Notes: a model not told the origin generated them from the letters alone. A stretch of DNA of 63,553 bases, filler included, from Octopus bimaculoides (GCF_001194135.2; 5 parts of 4 records of this genome joined end to end with filler, not necessarily neighbours in it), one strand, 5' to 3'. Positions 11,169 to 23,948 are shown, counted from the whole stretch's first letter. A program made the numbers and translations.

Positions 11169-12359
11169 GTAAGTATTTGTGTTTAATAGACCAGTTGATA
11201 CTGAGAGAAATATATTGACATGTTTGTAATTTGAACTAGGACACCAAAAGTGTCTCAATGGACCAGAGTGGCTTGTTGCCAAAGAAAGATTTGAGCTGAG
11301 TACATGGCTAGCAAAACTATTGTTAATTAGAAGTGAAATATATTTAAACATTAGAAAGCCTCACTGTGGGTGTAATAAGAATGCAAACTCTTTGTTATAC
11401 AATTGATGTGTGTAAAAAACAAAAAACAGTGAATCTTCTGATGGACTGTTTCATAGTTAATTGCTCCTCAGGGAAGACACACCCAACTTCCTTTCCTAAT
11501 CATTTGGTTCATTTGCCATATAAAGCAATTACAAATTATGCTAGTACATTAAGCGTATAGCCTAATTTGCATATTTATACTTTTGATGGCTTGGCATTTG
11601 TTAAACAGTATCTATTTTATACATAATACAGCATAAATCAGAACTGAAATAAATCTAAATATTAGAAAACCTCACCGTGGATGCAATAAGAATTCTTTCT
11701 GTTGTCAAATAAATCTCTTTCTTAAATACCTATTTACAGTTAGAAGAACAGTTCCATGGTTTATTAAATTTGTACAAAGAACAGAATGTACTGAAGGTGA
11801 TGAGAAAAGCATCATTTGAAAGCTACAAAAACGCAAGGCAACACCTTGTAACCAGTGTTGTATAACATCTGATAGTCTGGTCGATACAGTGACCATACAA
11901 TGTAGGAATAGAACAAAAGAAATTGCTGAGATAAAGGCTTTTTGTTTTGCATTTGTGTATATGTTGTCAAAGATTTCAAGAGTGAGAACTTGTTATTAAG
12001 GTGTAGCAAGAGACAAACATGTTGAAAAACCAAGTTTCTTGATTGATATTCATGATGTCTATTATTATTACTGTATTATTTATGTAGAAGCTAAGTGGTT
12101 GGCTGGATAATGCATGGGACTATCTCAGTCATGTGTCAGGTGTTCAAATCTGTTGCAAACCTTTTTTTAAATTTTTATAAAGTTTCTTGGTAGGACATAT
12201 TTTTATATAATATTCGTTTATCCGATTGTGAGATCTTCTGAAAAGTTACTTGCAATAGGGTACACTCCACTCTTCCAAATCTTGGCAGTGTAAAACTGCA
12301 GCATATGTAATTAGGCACCAAAATTTTGAGTTTGTAGTTAATAATGGATATCCAAATAT

Positions 12360-12575
12360 TCTTTTCTACTCTAGGCACAAGGTCTTAAGAAAACTCTACT
12401 TTAGGCACAAGGTCTGAAATTTTTGGGGAGGGGGCCAGTCGATTAGATCAACCCCAGTATTCAACTGGTATTTAATTTATCGGGCCCGAAAGGATGAAAG
12501 GCAAAGTTGACCTCGGCGGAATTGAACTCAGAATGTAAAGACAGACGAAATACCGCTAAGCATTTTGCCTGGCGA
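12360..12575 (-). mobile_element. tRNA-derived SINE family B, with a duplicated tail
   Basis: Reverse strand carries B-box-like TGAGTTCAATTCCGCC; body matches the copies at 29221, 55153 and 57628. Confidence 0.85.
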
Positions 12576-12594
12576 ATGGATATCCAAATATTAT

Positions 12595-12979
12595 ACTCTC
12601 TCTTTACTTGTTTCAGTCATTTGACTGCGGCCATGCTGGAGCACCGCCTTTAGTCGAGCAAATAGACCCCAGGGCTTATTCTTTGTAAGCCTAGTACTTA
12701 ATCTATTGGTCTCTTTTGCCGAACCGCTAAGTTACGGGGACCTAAATACACTAACATCAGTTGTCAAGCGATGTTGGGGGGACAAACACACATACACATA
12801 TATATACATATATATATGACGGGCTTCTTTCAGTTTCTGTCTACCAAATCCACTCACAAGGTTTTGGTCGGCCTGAGGCTATAGTAGAAGACACTTGCCC
12901 AAGGTGCCACGCAGTGGGACTGAACCCAGAACTATGTGGTTGGTAAGCAAGCTACTTACCACACAACCACTCCTGTGCC
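12595..12979 (-). mobile_element. Full-length tRNA-derived SINE family A
   Basis: A/B-box-like head (gtggttgtgtggtaag ... gggttcagtccc), internal CA/TA repeat and (AAAGAG)-type tail; matches 49081-49492. Confidence 0.9.
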
Positions 12980-13408
12980 TATTATGATTGTTTTATTTTA
13001 CTTTTGATATGAATATCATTGAAAAAGGCATAGACATTATTTAGTCTCATTTTCACTCCCTATAATATTTTTTGTCACATGTCTAAAGAAATCATTATTA
13101 TACCAAAACATTTGTAAGTTAATTTAATCATACTTTAATTTCTAACTAGCTGAAAATGCTAGAGAAATAAATGGCAGTTATATTTCACTCAGTAAATCCA
13201 AGATTACATTAATATATATATTAACTGCTAAAAGTGAATAGGAAATAGTAAGAAGTGAAAAATATTAGAAAGGTACTCCTCTTTATTCCCAGTTTTATCA
13301 AAGTCTACATTTTCAATTATCATACACTTGTAAATAACAAACTTATGTGGTGTTATTGTATGTAAATATCATGCTTTTTCCTTCTGTTTTGGTATTGGAT
13401 TTAAATAG

Positions 13409-13484
13409 CTATTATTATGCGTTGGAGATTTTTTCGGAAATGAGAATGAAGAATGGAACCGAATTTTGAAAGGAGAGCTCTCAG
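13409..13484 (+). CDS. CWF19L1: CWF19L1 coding exon 3: LLLCVGDFFGNENEEWNRILKGELS
   Basis: Acceptor aaatAG and donor GTAATT; conserved LLCVG(D/N)FFG; phase 0 in, phase 1 out. Confidence 0.95.
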
Positions 13485-14872
13485 GTAATTGCTTTGCTTA
13501 TGATTAATTCAAGAACAATATCTTTGCTAATAAATTCAAAACTATGGGCTGTTAATTCTGTGTGTTCTAATACTTAGGCATACCTGAATAACCCTGAGTT
13601 TATGAAATAATACCTATGGCATGGAAGTAGTCAACTCTGCAAGTGTAACACACTTTAGTCTGATTTGGGGCCTCATTCTAGTATTCAGTATTTTCTCCCT
13701 TATCATTCATTATTGACATCTGTCACTCCCATTGTCTTACCAACACCCATCTTCATTGTTATCCATCGCTCTTGGATATCATTGTTAACATCCATCACAC
13801 TTTCACCACTCCCCACTATCACTCTCTCACTTTCAATACTGTTTCTCCTTCCTGCTTCTATCACCATGTCTCTTACCACTGTCTTCTATCATGTCACTCA
13901 TTCTCTTCCTATCCAATCTCCTTAACAACAATTGTCATGTAGCTGTTTATCAGTTTCTTTCTTTATGCTTGCCCCTATCACATTGAATTTTTTCTTTCTC
14001 CTTTATTCTCTCTTCTATCTGCTGATTGATAAAGCAGAAAATTGGCAGAATCGTTAGCATGCAACATTTCATCTGTCTTTAAGCTCTGAGTTCAAATTTC
14101 ACTGAGGTTGACTTTGCTTTCATAAATAATATTATTATAGTTTTCTGTTAATTATATACTCAATGTATGCTTAATATGTATCATTACCCTTCATTTTCTG
14201 AAAAGAAATGTCTAGATCGGCTATTTTCCTTCAAAAGCTATTAGCATGGTTCACCCAAAAACTAAAGAATCTGAAATAAAAAAGAAAGGACATTACACAG
14301 AATAATGTAAACATAGCAATGGTGTTGCCATAGTGTGCAAACCAGCCGGGAAAAGTTTTATCAGAATCAATTCACAGAAAACCAAGAAATCCTAAATTTC
14401 ACTCCTAAACTATAAGCGTGGTTTTGGGTGTATTGTGTTTGTGTGTGTATGTATGTCATAGTCATCATTATCATCTGTCTGCTTCCCATGCTGGCATGAG
14501 TTGGACAATTCAATAATATCTAATGGGTTGTTGAACAATGTCTTCCTCTTGTGTCTTGGTTTTAGTTATAGCACAGTTTCTGTGGCTGGATGCCCTTCTT
14601 AACACCAACCACTGGGTGATTTTCTTTCATGGCATGAGCACTAGTGAGATTATTTGCAAGACTAAAGAACCTCCTTAGCTGAGAGAAAATGTAATAGAGA
14701 GGAAGGTTGTTTTATATGCGAGAGGTGTTGAGCAGTTAAAACATGCTTGGAAAGAGAGATAAATAGTGGTGGTAGTGGTAGTGGTAGTTACAGTGGTGGT
14801 GGCGTGTGCGTGTGTGTAAATTTAATGTCTGCAATTATATAAATATATATTGATATCAATATTTATTTCCAG

Positions 14873-14974
14873 TACCCATAACAGTACTTATTTTGGGAGC
14901 TAATCAAGATGCCCATTGTTCATATTATCCAGAAAAAGAAGGCTGTGAACTCTATGAAAATATACTATATCTTG
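14873..14974 (+). CDS. CWF19L1: CWF19L1 coding exon 4: (V)PITVLILGANQDAHCSYYPEKEGCELYENILYL
   Basis: Acceptor tttccAG and donor GTTTGT; conserved LGAN and GCELxENxxYLG; phase 1/1. Confidence 0.95.
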
Positions 14975-15145
14975 GTTTGTATATTTCTTCTTTGTTAATG
15001 ATAAATATGTTACAGCTTAGAGACATAGTCAATCATCATACATCCTTTATTAATTTAAGTGGTTTAATTTTTAATCTGTTTAATTGAATGGAAAAAGAAA
15101 TAATGGGTGTAAAAAAATGGATACAGAGTTTCTTGTATTTTTTAA

Positions 15146-15360
15146 CACTTTAGCATTTAAACTGGCCATGTCTAGCCCAGATATTCTACCTGTTTTATGT
15201 TCAGACCAGCTAGATCTAGCCTCTCACACCTACCCTACAATGTTAGTCTAAAAAATATAGTCACATCATTGAAATCTCAAAGTTTCAAGATAATATGTGA
15301 TCAATTCAAAACACTGTGAATAAGAATTACATTTGACAGAACAATCTGAATGCTAAAGGG
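15146..15360. mobile_element. piggyBac-type MITE
   Basis: TTAA on both sides (15142-45 and 15361-64); TIRs CACTTTAGCATTTA / TGAATGCTAAAGGG. Confidence 0.7.
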
Positions 15361-15500
15361 TTAAAGAAACAATGTTAATCAGTAAGAACTGAAAAGCATT
15401 ACAATTGTGAAATAAAAGTAATGTTTATTTGTGAAAAAATTGCATCAAAGTTCTTTTGTTGGCCAAGCAGTTATGTGGGTCAGTGTTATACAACACATAT

Positions 15501-15551
<51 letters not shown>

Positions 15552-15760
15552 TGTATGTGTATACATGCATACACACAAACGAAAACATACATGTGCAGGT
15601 GAGAAGTTTGCTTCCCAACTGTGGGCTTGGGTTCAGTCATATTGAATGACAACTTGGTCAAGTGTCTTCTACTTGCTCAAGATATTGCACAGTGGGACTG
15701 AGCTCAAAACCATGTGGTTGGGAAGTGATCTTAACCACACAGCCATGCCTGCATTGCTCT

Positions 15761-15990
15761 CTGTCTGTCTGTTTCTGGTTGTCTGTCTGTTTCTGTTTGT
15801 CTGTCTGTTTCTGTTTGTCTGTCTGTTTCTGGTTGTCTGTCTGTTTCTGGTTGTCTGTCTGTTTCTGGTTGTCTGTCTGTTTCTGGTTGTCTGTCTGTTT
15901 CTGGTTGTCTGTCTGTTTCTGTTTGTCTGTCTGTTTCTGGTTGTCTGTCTGTTTCTGTTTGTCTGTCTGTTTCTGGTTGTCTGTCTGTCT
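15761..15990. repeat. 18-bp minisatellite GTTTCTG(G/T)TTGTCTGTCT, about 12 copies
   Basis: Direct reading; explains the repetitive ORFs at 15646-16041. Confidence 0.95.
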
Positions 15991-16379
15991 CTCACTCTCT
16001 CTCTCTCGTATTAGGAAGTTAATTGTCATGTGATGAGTCACCTACACTGCTAAGTGCTTTATAGATGTGAAACCAATGGTCACTAGCTGAATGCCTATAA
16101 CAATTAACTTCCTAAAAATATATTACTGCTTTAATGGTTTACAGTGTGTTTCTTTTGCGAATATATGAACTACTGACAATATATATACACACACGCGCAC
16201 GCATACACACACATATACACGCATCTGTCTGACATGAACCTACAGGCTCATTAGGCTGGAACTTATCCTGGATTCCGTGGTGTATAAGTGACAGAGAGTG
16301 CATACTGAGGTTTGGAAAGAATATGCAAAATGGATTGTTGAGCAATGAATGCTTATGACTTTTGCTTTAATTTATTTAG

Positions 16380-16582
16380 GCAAACAAGGAGTATTCACCA
16401 CTAGTTCTGGATTACAGATTGCATATCTGAGTGGCAGGCAGTGTGACACTGATTATGGTTTTACTGTAAATGATGTTGATGATCTCATTAATTCAGTATC
16501 CTCAAGCAAACAATTCAAAGGAGTTGATATATTAATTACATCTCAATGGCCAAAAGGAGTTGAAAAATATGCTGGAGATGTG
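16380..16582 (+). CDS. CWF19L1: CWF19L1 coding exon 5: (G)KQGVFTTSSGLQIAYLSG...KQFKGVDILITSQWPKGVEKYAGDV; later exons are absent from the window
   Basis: Acceptor tatttAG and donor GTAAGT; conserved GLQIxYLSG and FKGVDILxTSxWP; exons 1-5 total 489 nt = 163 codons. Confidence 0.95.
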
Positions 16583-16753
16583 GTAAGTTCTTACTAATGA
16601 CGTTTTTTTTTCTGTCTTGTGATTCTCTTTCTTATCTTGTTTCATTTTCATCTCCTCTTTAGCACAATAATTGTAGTAAAGTTTGAATTTATGGCATTAT
16701 TTGCAGACTAGTAATTTAACCAAACAGGATTCAATTTGTAAAGTTCCCATATA

Positions 16754-16969
16754 TGAGGTGGTGCTGAAAAGTTCCTGGCTTTGGGTAAAAGAAAATAGAG
16801 GAGGATCAGTTAATTATGATTTTATTCAACATATTCCCCTCTCAGATTCACACAATTATTGCAGCTGTCCTTCAGTTTTTCTAAGCCCTGTAAAAAAACT
16901 TGGAAGGTTGGGGCTCCAACTAGGCCTTTCACGATACCCTTAAAACCAGGAACTTTTCAGCACCCCTTG
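16754..16969. mobile_element. mariner-like MITE, copy 1
   Basis: TA flanks; TIRs GAGGTGGTGCTGAAAAGTTCCTGG / CCAGGAACTTTTCAGCACCCCT; homologous to 37553-37775. Confidence 0.8.
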
Positions 16970-16992
16970 TATATATATATATATGTATATTT

Positions 16993-17092
16993 NNNNNNNN
17001 NNNNNNNNNNNNNNNNNNNNNNNNNNNNNNNNNNNNTTAATTAATTAANNNNNNNNNNNNNNNNNNNNNNNNNNNNNNNNNNNNNNNNNNNN
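16993..17092. other. Artificial 100-bp assembly spacer
   Basis: 44 N + TTAATTAATTAA + 44 N; the 12-mer has stop codons in all six frames. Confidence 0.95.
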
Positions 17093-17269
17093 CCGGTGTT
17101 GGTATGTTTACGTTACTGTAACTTAGTGGTACAGTGAGAAAGACCGAAAAAATAAATATCAGGCTTAAAAAGGAAAAATAAAAGGCACTGGGTCGATTCA
17201 TTCAACGAAAACTTCTTCAAGGTGGTGCACCAGTATGGCTGCAATCCAATGACTGAAACAAGTAAATGG

Positions 17270-17767
17270 TAAAAGTTAAAAGGCAAGAGATAGAGAAGCA
17301 GGAAAGAAAAAGAGTAAAAGAGAGGAGGAAGTGTATGTGAAAGTGTGTCTATGAGAGAAAGAGAGAGAGAAAAACAGAGGGAGAGAGAGATAAAAGGTGA
17401 GAGAGAAAGAGAAGGTGAGAGAGAGAAGTGGTTGTCCTGAATAGCACTTGGGATACCAACTTGGAAGTTGGTAAATGTGGAAGTTGGTAAATGTGGAAGT
17501 TGGTAAATGTGGAAGTTGATAAATGTGGAAAGTGTAAATGAAGGTGAAAAAGAACGATGAATGGTGTAACTGAATAGAAGTAAACGGAAATAAAGGTGAA
17601 ATGATAGGAGAATAAGAGGGATAGAGAGGGAGGGAGAGAGTAAGAGAGAGAGAGAGACAGGGAGAAAGGGGGAGAGAAAGAGAGCGGAAGAAGGAAGAAA
17701 AAGGTAGGATAGGGAAAGAGAGCGGGAAAAGAAAATAAGAGGAAGAACGAAAAAGAAGGGGAAGAAA

Positions 17768-17840
<73 letters not shown>

Positions 17841-18200
17841 GAGATAGAGAGAGAGAGATAGAGAGAGAGAGAAAGGAAGAGAAATGGAGGAAGGGAGACA
17901 AAGGAGTGTGGAGTGAAAGAGAGGAAGGGGGAGAGAGGGAGGAAAGGGAAGGAAGATAAGGAGGAAGAGAAAGGGAGGGACAGAAAGAGGGAAACAGAGA
18001 GAGGGAGGGACAAGGAGAGGGAGGCAGGAAGAGAGAGCTACAGGGAGGGAGAGAGAGAGGATGGGAGAGAAACTGGGATGGAGAGAGAGAGAGGTAGGAT
18101 GGGAGAAAGAGGGGGAAGAAAAGAGAGAAAGATGGCAGAAGAGAGTAATGAGAAGAGAAGAGAGAAAAGTGATGAGAAGATGAGGGAGAAATAGTTACGT
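17270..18200. repeat. Purine-rich (GA)n low-complexity tract including a 16-bp tandem repeat GGAAGTTGGTAAATGT x4 (17463-17530)
   Basis: Direct reading; source of the spurious 407-aa and 245-aa Leu/Ser/Phe ORFs. Confidence 0.9.
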
Positions 18201-18696
18201 CTTTCTTTCGCTTTTGCCAAACGCGATCATATATACTCATATATACACAAACAGAAATACTCACAAATACACACGCACACATACATACATATGTGCGGTG
18301 TATGAGTGGGTGTGTGATGAATTTTTCTTCTGTCATAATTTTGACACATTATACATTTAGAATTATATATATATTTATTCACACACACACGCACACGCAC
18401 TCCCCCCCCCACACACTCATGCACACAAACATGCGTGTGTGTATGTACGTATGTGTATGTATCTGTTTGTATGTATGTNNNNNNNNNNNNNNNNNNNNNN
18501 NNNNNNNNNNNNNNNNNNNNNNNNNNNNNNNNNNNNNNNNNNNNNNNNNNNNNNNNNNNNNNNNNNNNNNNNNNNNNNNNNNNNNNNNNNNNNNNNNNNN
18601 NNNNNNNNNNNNNNNNNNNNNNNNNNNNNNNNNNNNNNNNNNNNNNNNNNNNNNNNNNNNNNNNNNNNNNNNNNNNNNNNNNNNNNNNNNNNNNNN

Positions 18697-18736
<40 letters not shown>

Positions 18737-18829
18737 GGGAGAATGTACGAAAAAGAACAACAACAGACGAGGACTGGTGGTATAAACAACAAAAGGATGT
18801 ATTAGTTTGACGCTAGGGAATACGGAAAG

Positions 18830-18866
18830 TCTTTAACGTTTCGAGCTACGCTCTTCAACAGAAAGA
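18830..18866 (-). ncRNA. Minimal type I hammerhead-like motif with a U6 core variant, inside a ~170-bp repeat (about 18735-18905)
   Basis: TCTTT-CTGTTGA-A-GAGC(GTA)GCTC-GAAAC-GT-T-AAAGA; helices I and II pair perfectly. Confidence 0.65.
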
Positions 18867-18989
18867 ATACGGAGAAAACAAGGAGAAAAACACGGAGAAA
18901 AAAAATGAATAGTCACTGGTCAACGATCTCTCATGGCTTCTGTATACATATTGAAAAAATTGGAGTGAGCAAGAAGGAGTACGGTTGGA

Positions 18990-19660
18990 GATTTACTTTT
19001 TAATCACTACAATTGTTTCAAAACCAAAAAGGAGAAAGCTGATTCGAAGACTACAGATCCATCACCGTAACTGTAAAAATTTGTAAAACCTTACAGAAGT
19101 TTATTATTTATGTATATATGAGCACGTCTAGATATGCAAGTATAGATACGAGAAGACTTACATAAGGCAAATCATACAAATTTGCACGTATACATACATA
19201 CATACATACATACATACATACATACATGCAATTAGCTGTCCAGCAGATGTTAACATAAAGCTGAAGATCAGTGAAAAAGAGAATACTTACGCTGAACTGT
19301 AGAGAAATCTGCAGTTACTCTATCCAGGTTCAAGTTTATACCTGTAATTATTGGGGCTCTGGGATATGTAACACACTACCTAAATACCAATCTCGAGAAA
19401 TTAGGCTTCTCAAGACCAGAAAGGAGAAAGCTAATTCGAAGACTAGAGATCCAATCTGGGACTGCAAAAATCTGTAAAACTTTCCAGAAGTTTATCACTT
19501 AAATATACATGAGCATGTCTAGATATGCAACTATATGCATGAGAATACATAGATAAAGCAAAACATACAAATCTGCACATATGCATACATACAAACATAC
19601 ATGCATACATACATATACGCACACACATATGTATGTATGTATGCATGTATGTATGTATGT
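18990..19660 (+). mobile_element. Two tandem 3'-end fragments of an R4/Dong-like RLE LINE, each ending in a TACA/TATG microsatellite
   Basis: RNLQLLYP..KFIPVIIGALGYVTH...RKLIRRLEIQSGTAKICKTFQKF; ~190-bp direct repeat at about 19020 and 19415. Confidence 0.7.
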
Positions 19661-20306
19661 ATGTATGTATTTATGTATCTCTCTCTCCCCCTCTCTCTCT
19701 CTGTATATATATATATATATATATATATACAGAGAGAGAGAGGGGGAGAGAGAGATACATAAATACATACATNNNNNNNNNNNNNNNNNNNNNNNNNNNN
19801 NNNNNNNNNNNNNNNNNNNNNNNNNNNNNNNNNNNNNNNNNNNNNNNNNNNNNNNNNNNNNNNNNNNNNNNNNNNNNNNNNNNNNNNNNNNNNNNNNNNN
19901 NNNNNNNNNNNNNNNNNNNNNNNNNNNNNNNNNNNNNNNNNNNNNNNNNNNNNNNNNNNNNNNNNNNNNNNNNNNNNNNNNNNNNNNNNNNNNNNNNNNN
20001 NNNNNNNNNNNNNNNNNNNNNNNNNNNNNNNNNNNNNNNNNNNNNNNNNNNNNNNNNNNNNNNNNNNNNNNNNNNNNNNNNNNNNNNNNNNNNNNNNNNN
20101 NNNNNNNNNNNNNNNNNNNNNNNNNNNNNNNNNNNNNNNNNNNNNNNNNNNNNNNNNNNNNNNNNNNNNNNNNNNNNNNNNNNNNNNNNNNNNNNNNNNN
20201 NNNNNNNNNNNNNNNNNNNNNNNNNNNNNNNNNNNNNNNNNNNNNNNNNNNNNNNNNNNNNNNNNNNNNNNNNNNNNNNNNNNNNNNNNNNNNNNNNNNN
20301 NNNNNN

Positions 20307-20352
<46 letters not shown>

Positions 20353-20746
20353 ATAATTAAGAGCCGTTTATAAAAATGCTGTAGACAAGCATTGGCTGTG
20401 TATATATACATTCTCTTGGCGACGCTTATGTATTAATTAAAATACTGACCATGTCTGTAATGAGTTTTAAATAAATTTACATGTTTAAGAAGCATAGATT
20501 TAGTCTCGCTGTATCTTTTTGGTTTTTAAATTAACGCGGTTCTCTGCAGAACGGATTGAAGAAATGTTCAAATAGTTACCTGTCAATTATAAGCTCACCA
20601 GGAAGACAGAAATAGATAGAAATATAGATTGCAAGAAAGAGAAAAAGAAAGAAAGAAAGTGTTTGTGTTGAGAGTGTGTTTGTGTGTGTGAAAGAGAGAG
20701 AAAAAGAGTAGAAAGAGATAGAAATAGATAGAAGTTAGATAGATAG

Positions 20747-20800
<54 letters not shown>

Positions 20801-21080
20801 NNNNNNNNNNNNNNNNNNNNNNNNNNNNNNNNNNNNNNNNNNNNNNNNNNNNNNNNNNNNNNNNNNNNNNNNNNNNNNNNNNNNNNNNNNNNNNNNNNNN
20901 NNNNNNNNNNNNNNNNNNNNNNNNNNNNNNNNNNNNNNNNNNNNNNNNNNNNNNNNNNNNNNNNNNNNNNNNNNNNNNNNNNNNNNNNNNNNNNNNNNNN
21001 NNNNNNNNNNNNNNNNNNNNNNNNNNNNNNNNNNNNNNNNNNNNNNNNNNNNNNNNNNNNNNNNNNNNNNNNNNNNNNNN

Positions 21081-21130
<50 letters not shown>

Positions 21131-21912
21131 TTATTTAACCGACAGATATCTATAAATTTTTCGCTAACGAAATTTCACACTCAAGGCCTTGGTCATTCGA
21201 ATGAGAACGGAAACCGGAACTACTAGGTTGCGAAGCATACTTCTCAGCGATATAGCGATATAGCCATACCAGTATCCAGGCGGAGGAGGAAGAATGACAT
21301 ATGAAGCAGTGAGGCAAAGAAAAAGGACATGCATTTTATAAAATACTTTGTTTAGAACGGAAGTATCTTGGTCAAAGATAACTATAATACAGGGAACAAT
21401 TTTGAATATTTTCCGTTGAGTTTGTCGTTTCAATTGATTTAGACTAAAATTGGCATGCTAATTTCAAAACTACCGTTAGCTTTGTTCTATCATGTTCTAC
21501 AGCTTACTATCTGAGTAAGTATAATTGTATTGTTTGTCTGTAGGTGATAGAGCTGGTCAGCTACTTTAGTATTTTATTGATAATTATAATCGAAGGAGTC
21601 ACTCAAATCTTTACCTTCCCTTCTTATTCCCAATTACGGTGTGCCCTATACGACGTGTTTATTTTGTTGAGGACGGCCTAAAGTGATTAAATAAAGATTT
21701 GGCTACTATACTATACGACTGAAACGATCACGTAGAAGCTCTCTTGTTAGTACATCATAAAATTATTATCTGTTAACGTTGTTGAATCCTATAAAATAGT
21801 GAAGTGAATTTGATCATGCATTGAATGGCAGAATCGGTACGTCGAATGAATTTGTTTCCCTGTACTGTATCTAGTGCAAGGTAGTCCAACAGTACAAATT
21901 ATGAGTATGATA

Positions 21913-21946
<34 letters not shown>

Positions 21947-23326
21947 GTCATCATCATCGTTGTCGTCGTCATTGTCATCATCTCCTCCTCTTTACCACTT
22001 TCTTACGTCTTCCTCTTCCTTAAATTTTTAAAACATCTCTAGAGGGAGATTTACCCTATTAATTACATGGATAATCTCAGATAACTGAACATATACAACT
22101 CACTATATTACATACACGAGACTCTAACGTATGTGTAGTTAGTATGCAGAACGCTCTCCTGAAGTTCCGCTATATTGCTAATAAATTATGTTGCCATGAG
22201 GTAGAACAAATCTGACGTTTCGGAGAATGAACTTTCGACATAGTAGTTAATAATGGCCGGCGTAAGTTCAAAAATATAACAGACATGGTATGTTAAACGA
22301 CAGGAGCAAAAAGTAGATGAAAAGGTAATCATAGTGAACGAGGGATGGCAGGAGTCAGATGCAGGATTGATGGAGGAAATCTGTGAGAAGTGACTGGTGT
22401 ATGAGACAGTGGGAGGAAAGCCAAAAGGCTACGTAAGCGGTTTAGTGTGAGTTAATGTATTCACAAAGTAACAATGCTTTCAACACACCGATGTTTTCAA
22501 TACACGTGTATTTAATCAGATACACTTAGATGCATTATAAGCAGGTATGGATATATAAAGACGAGCGCGGAACCCGGATTGCGCCCGTAAAACAAGAAAA
22601 TCAATCGGAAATAGTTTGGTCATTCTAATGTCAACAGGTAGTAAATATGTCAAAGGTGCGTGCATGTGTGTGTGTGTGCGTGCGTGGTGTGTGTGTAAGT
22701 GCGTGTATGTGTGTGTTTTCGTGCATGCGCATGCGTGTGCGTACGTGTGTGCTTGTGTGCGCATGTATGTCTGTGTGTATGTTCGTAGCAATTCAAGTTA
22801 AGTAGAAATTAATACAATTAGAAATTGATACAATTATGAATAAGCCCTGTATACAACTAGCCCTTAATAACTGATGATTGTTAATGCAGAACGTGAGATT
22901 GTTACGAGCAGTATGGAGGAACACTATGGGTAAACTATACAGTCAAATATCAATGTGTGTATTTTATTTCTCCATGATTTTTGCTTCTTCGTATTTTGAT
23001 TTTCAAATGTAAACTGATGTTAATATACTATCAGTAAACATATAAACTGATGATAATTAATAAACCAAACCATTCAAAACACTGAGTACTTCACTTGTTA
23101 TTAAAAACTAGACTGAGAGCTTGTTTCACGAATCGAGTTTAATGCCTGAACATCGCAGTAACGAGAAACTTGGATCGTGAGACAAACACTGAGTTTCAGT
23201 CTCAATAACCAATCCTCTACAACGCGTATTGAGCACTTCATTCTCGTTTGTCTGACACTAAGCAACATACATACATACACACATACATACATACATGCAT
23301 ACATACACACACACACTGCTGCTGCT

Positions 23327-23613
23327 GAGACCCCCCTTCGGTCATGACAGACCATGGGATTGAACCGAGAAAGTTACCCTCCCAGGCACAAGTCCGGGCA
23401 AGGTTGTTTATGGAAGACCAGCAGTCGCCCATGCACACCGGTCTCCCCACTCCACGCCTCCAGTGTCATCCAAGGGAAAGGCAAAGGGGCCGATACAGCT
23501 TGGCACCAGTGACGTCGCAACTTATTTCTACAGCTGAGTGAACTGGAGCAACGTGAAATAAAGTGTCTTGCTCAAGAACACAACACGCAGCCCGGTCTGG
23601 GATTCGAACTCAC
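23327..23613 (-). mobile_element. tRNA-derived SINE family D (head lost in the gap)
   Basis: Reverse strand begins GTGAGTTCGAATCCCAGACC (B box), then cttgagcaagacactttatttcac, a conserved SINE-core-like segment. Confidence 0.7.
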
Positions 23614-23870
23614 NNNNNNNNNNNNNNNNNNNNNNNNNNNNNNNNNNNNNNNNNNNNNNNNNNNNNNNNNNNNNNNNNNNNNNNNNNNNNNNNNNNNNNN
23701 NNNNNNNNNNNNNNNNNNNNNNNNNNNNNNNNNNNNNNNNNNNNNNNNNNNNNNNNNNNNNNNNNNNNNNNNNNNNGAGATAAAGAGAAGACAGTTTAAC
23801 AAGCAGAAAAGGATTATTAAATACTTTTAGTAGAGTATAAATTTATTGACTTCTAAAAGGAAAAGATTGC

Positions 23871-23948
23871 CAGTGACTTCGAAGCTTCAGCTTGCTCGTC
23901 TTCATCAGACTTATTGTAGGTGAACAAGCCGAAACTTCGAAGTCACTG
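23871..23948. ncRNA. Inverted pair of degenerate type I hammerhead motifs
   Basis: Minus strand: AGT-CTGATGA-A-GAC(GAGCAA)GCT-GAAGC-TTCGAAG-TC-ACT. Plus strand: GGT(GAACAA)GCC-GAAAC-TTCGAAG-TC-ACT. 27-bp arms with 3 mismatches. Confidence 0.65.

Noticed and set aside
17113-18336. 407-aa and 245-aa ORFs on the minus strand
   Set aside because: Translations of a (GA)n/(CT)n low-complexity tract (Leu/Ser/Phe/Pro only) with no domain signal.
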